From an uncultured Candidatus Saccharibacteria bacterium (GTDB taxonomy: Bacteria > Patescibacteriota > Minisyncoccia > Minisyncoccales > Minisyncoccaceae): 64,000 nt of DNA. The notes beneath the pieces were generated by a model. That model made no database searches. It was not told the DNA's origin and was given only the letters and a program-made list of their open reading frames with translations. Location: NCBI GenBank assembly GCA_965230985.1, contig OZ246399.1, positions 46,564-110,563 of the forward strand, written 5' to 3'. This document shows, one piece after another, positions 63,301-64,000 of the stretch. Each line of letters starts with the position of its first letter. Within the stretch, counting starts at the first letter, position 1. Both the position numbers and the translations under genes were made by a program.

Positions 63301-64000
63301 AATTACTCTTAGCAATAATTTCTTTTTGAAGATCTTTTAAAATCTTTGGATTTTCTTTTAAGAACTCTTTAGCTTTTTCTAATCCTACTCCTAGCTTTAT
63401 TTCTCCATATTGTAAACTTGCTCCCGATTTCTTAATCAGCTCTTCCTTTACTCCCAAATTTATTGCTTCAGACATCCTAGAAATTCCTTCATTGTAATAA
63501 ATATCGAATTCGGCTGTCTTGAATGGAGCTGCTACTTTATTTTTAACAATTTTGGCTTTCACCCTATTACCAACAATGTTCTCCCCCACTTTGATTTGAG
63601 CTATTCTTCTTAATTCAATTCTAACCGAACTGTAAAACTTTAAAGCCAAACCACCGGGAGTGGTTTCTGGATTACCAAATAAAATTCCAATCTTCATTCT
63701 AGTTTGATTTAGGAAAACAATTATTGTTTTTGTTTTAGAAACAATTCCCGACAATTTTCTTAAAGCTTGAGACATTAATCTAGCTTGTAACCCAATCTGC
63801 ATTTCTCCCATCTCCCCAGCTACTTCTGCCTTGGGAACCAAAGCTGCTACGGAATCAATAACTATTACATCCACCTCTCCAGACCTAACTAGGCTCTCGA
63901 CAATCTGTAATCCCTGTTCTGCTGAGTCTGGCTGAGAGATTAAAAGATCGTCAGTATTAACTCCTATTCTTTTAGCGTAATCGGGGTCTAAAGCATGCTC
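63299..64000 (-). CDS. recA: Recombinase RecA, C-terminal two thirds; the 5' end is beyond the window
   Basis: [14 protein letters not shown]...[12 protein letters not shown]...[10 protein letters not shown]...[17 protein letters not shown]. The frame stays open upstream of the tracked Met as far as position 64000. Confidence 0.95.
   Translation of the reverse strand, partial: EHALDPDYAKRIGVNTDDLLISQPDSAEQGLQIVESLVRSGEVDVIVIDSVAALVPKAEVAGEMGEMQIGLQARLMSQALRKLSGIVSKTKTIIVFLNQTRMKIGILFGNPETTPGGLALKFYSSVRIELRRIAQIKVGENIVGNRVKAKIVKNKVAAPFKTAEFDIYYNEGISRMSEAINLGVKEELIKKSGASLQYGEIKLGVGLEKAKEFLKENPKILKDLQKEIIAKSN

Overview
Low-GC (about 30-35% by eye), very gene-dense bacterial chromosome segment. 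Most genes are on the minus strand, often with 1-14 nt overlaps. The gene content suggests a Candidate Phyla Radiation / Patescibacteria-type organism, which is inference only. That content includes pilin-like proteins with large C-terminal domains, a giant lamin-tail-domain protein, a cupin-type PGI, peptidoglycan-binding surface proteins and many small toxin-antitoxin pairs. Housekeeping genes recognised from the translations: murJ (partial), gap, eno, trxB, galU, ftsZ, ftsEX, prfB with its +1 frameshift, clpB, rdgB, rsgA, htpX, groES, secG, RNase J, trpS, a PMM/PGM, rpsF-ssb-rpsR and recA (partial). RNA genes: RNase P RNA, tRNA-Gln(CTG) and tRNA-Ser(GGA). Accessory content: a GC-richer surface-protein island (14.1-22.5 kb), seven toxin-antitoxin-like modules, and an ECF-like sigma factor locus. 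No CRISPR array, rRNA, transposase or integrase was seen. The observations most worth follow-up are:
1. A LexA-type S24 repressor with an acidic tail that is translationally coupled to a MazF toxin.
2. A helically phased array of 14 TGTCCA(C/G)A repeats that fills the intergenic region upstream of the sigma factor gene.
3. Two copies of an ECF-type promoter that bracket a hicBA cassette.
4. A conserved C-terminal roughly 30-aa motif shared by two adjacent secreted proteins.
5. A family of tRNA 3'-half-like intergenic remnants between 41 and 50 kb.
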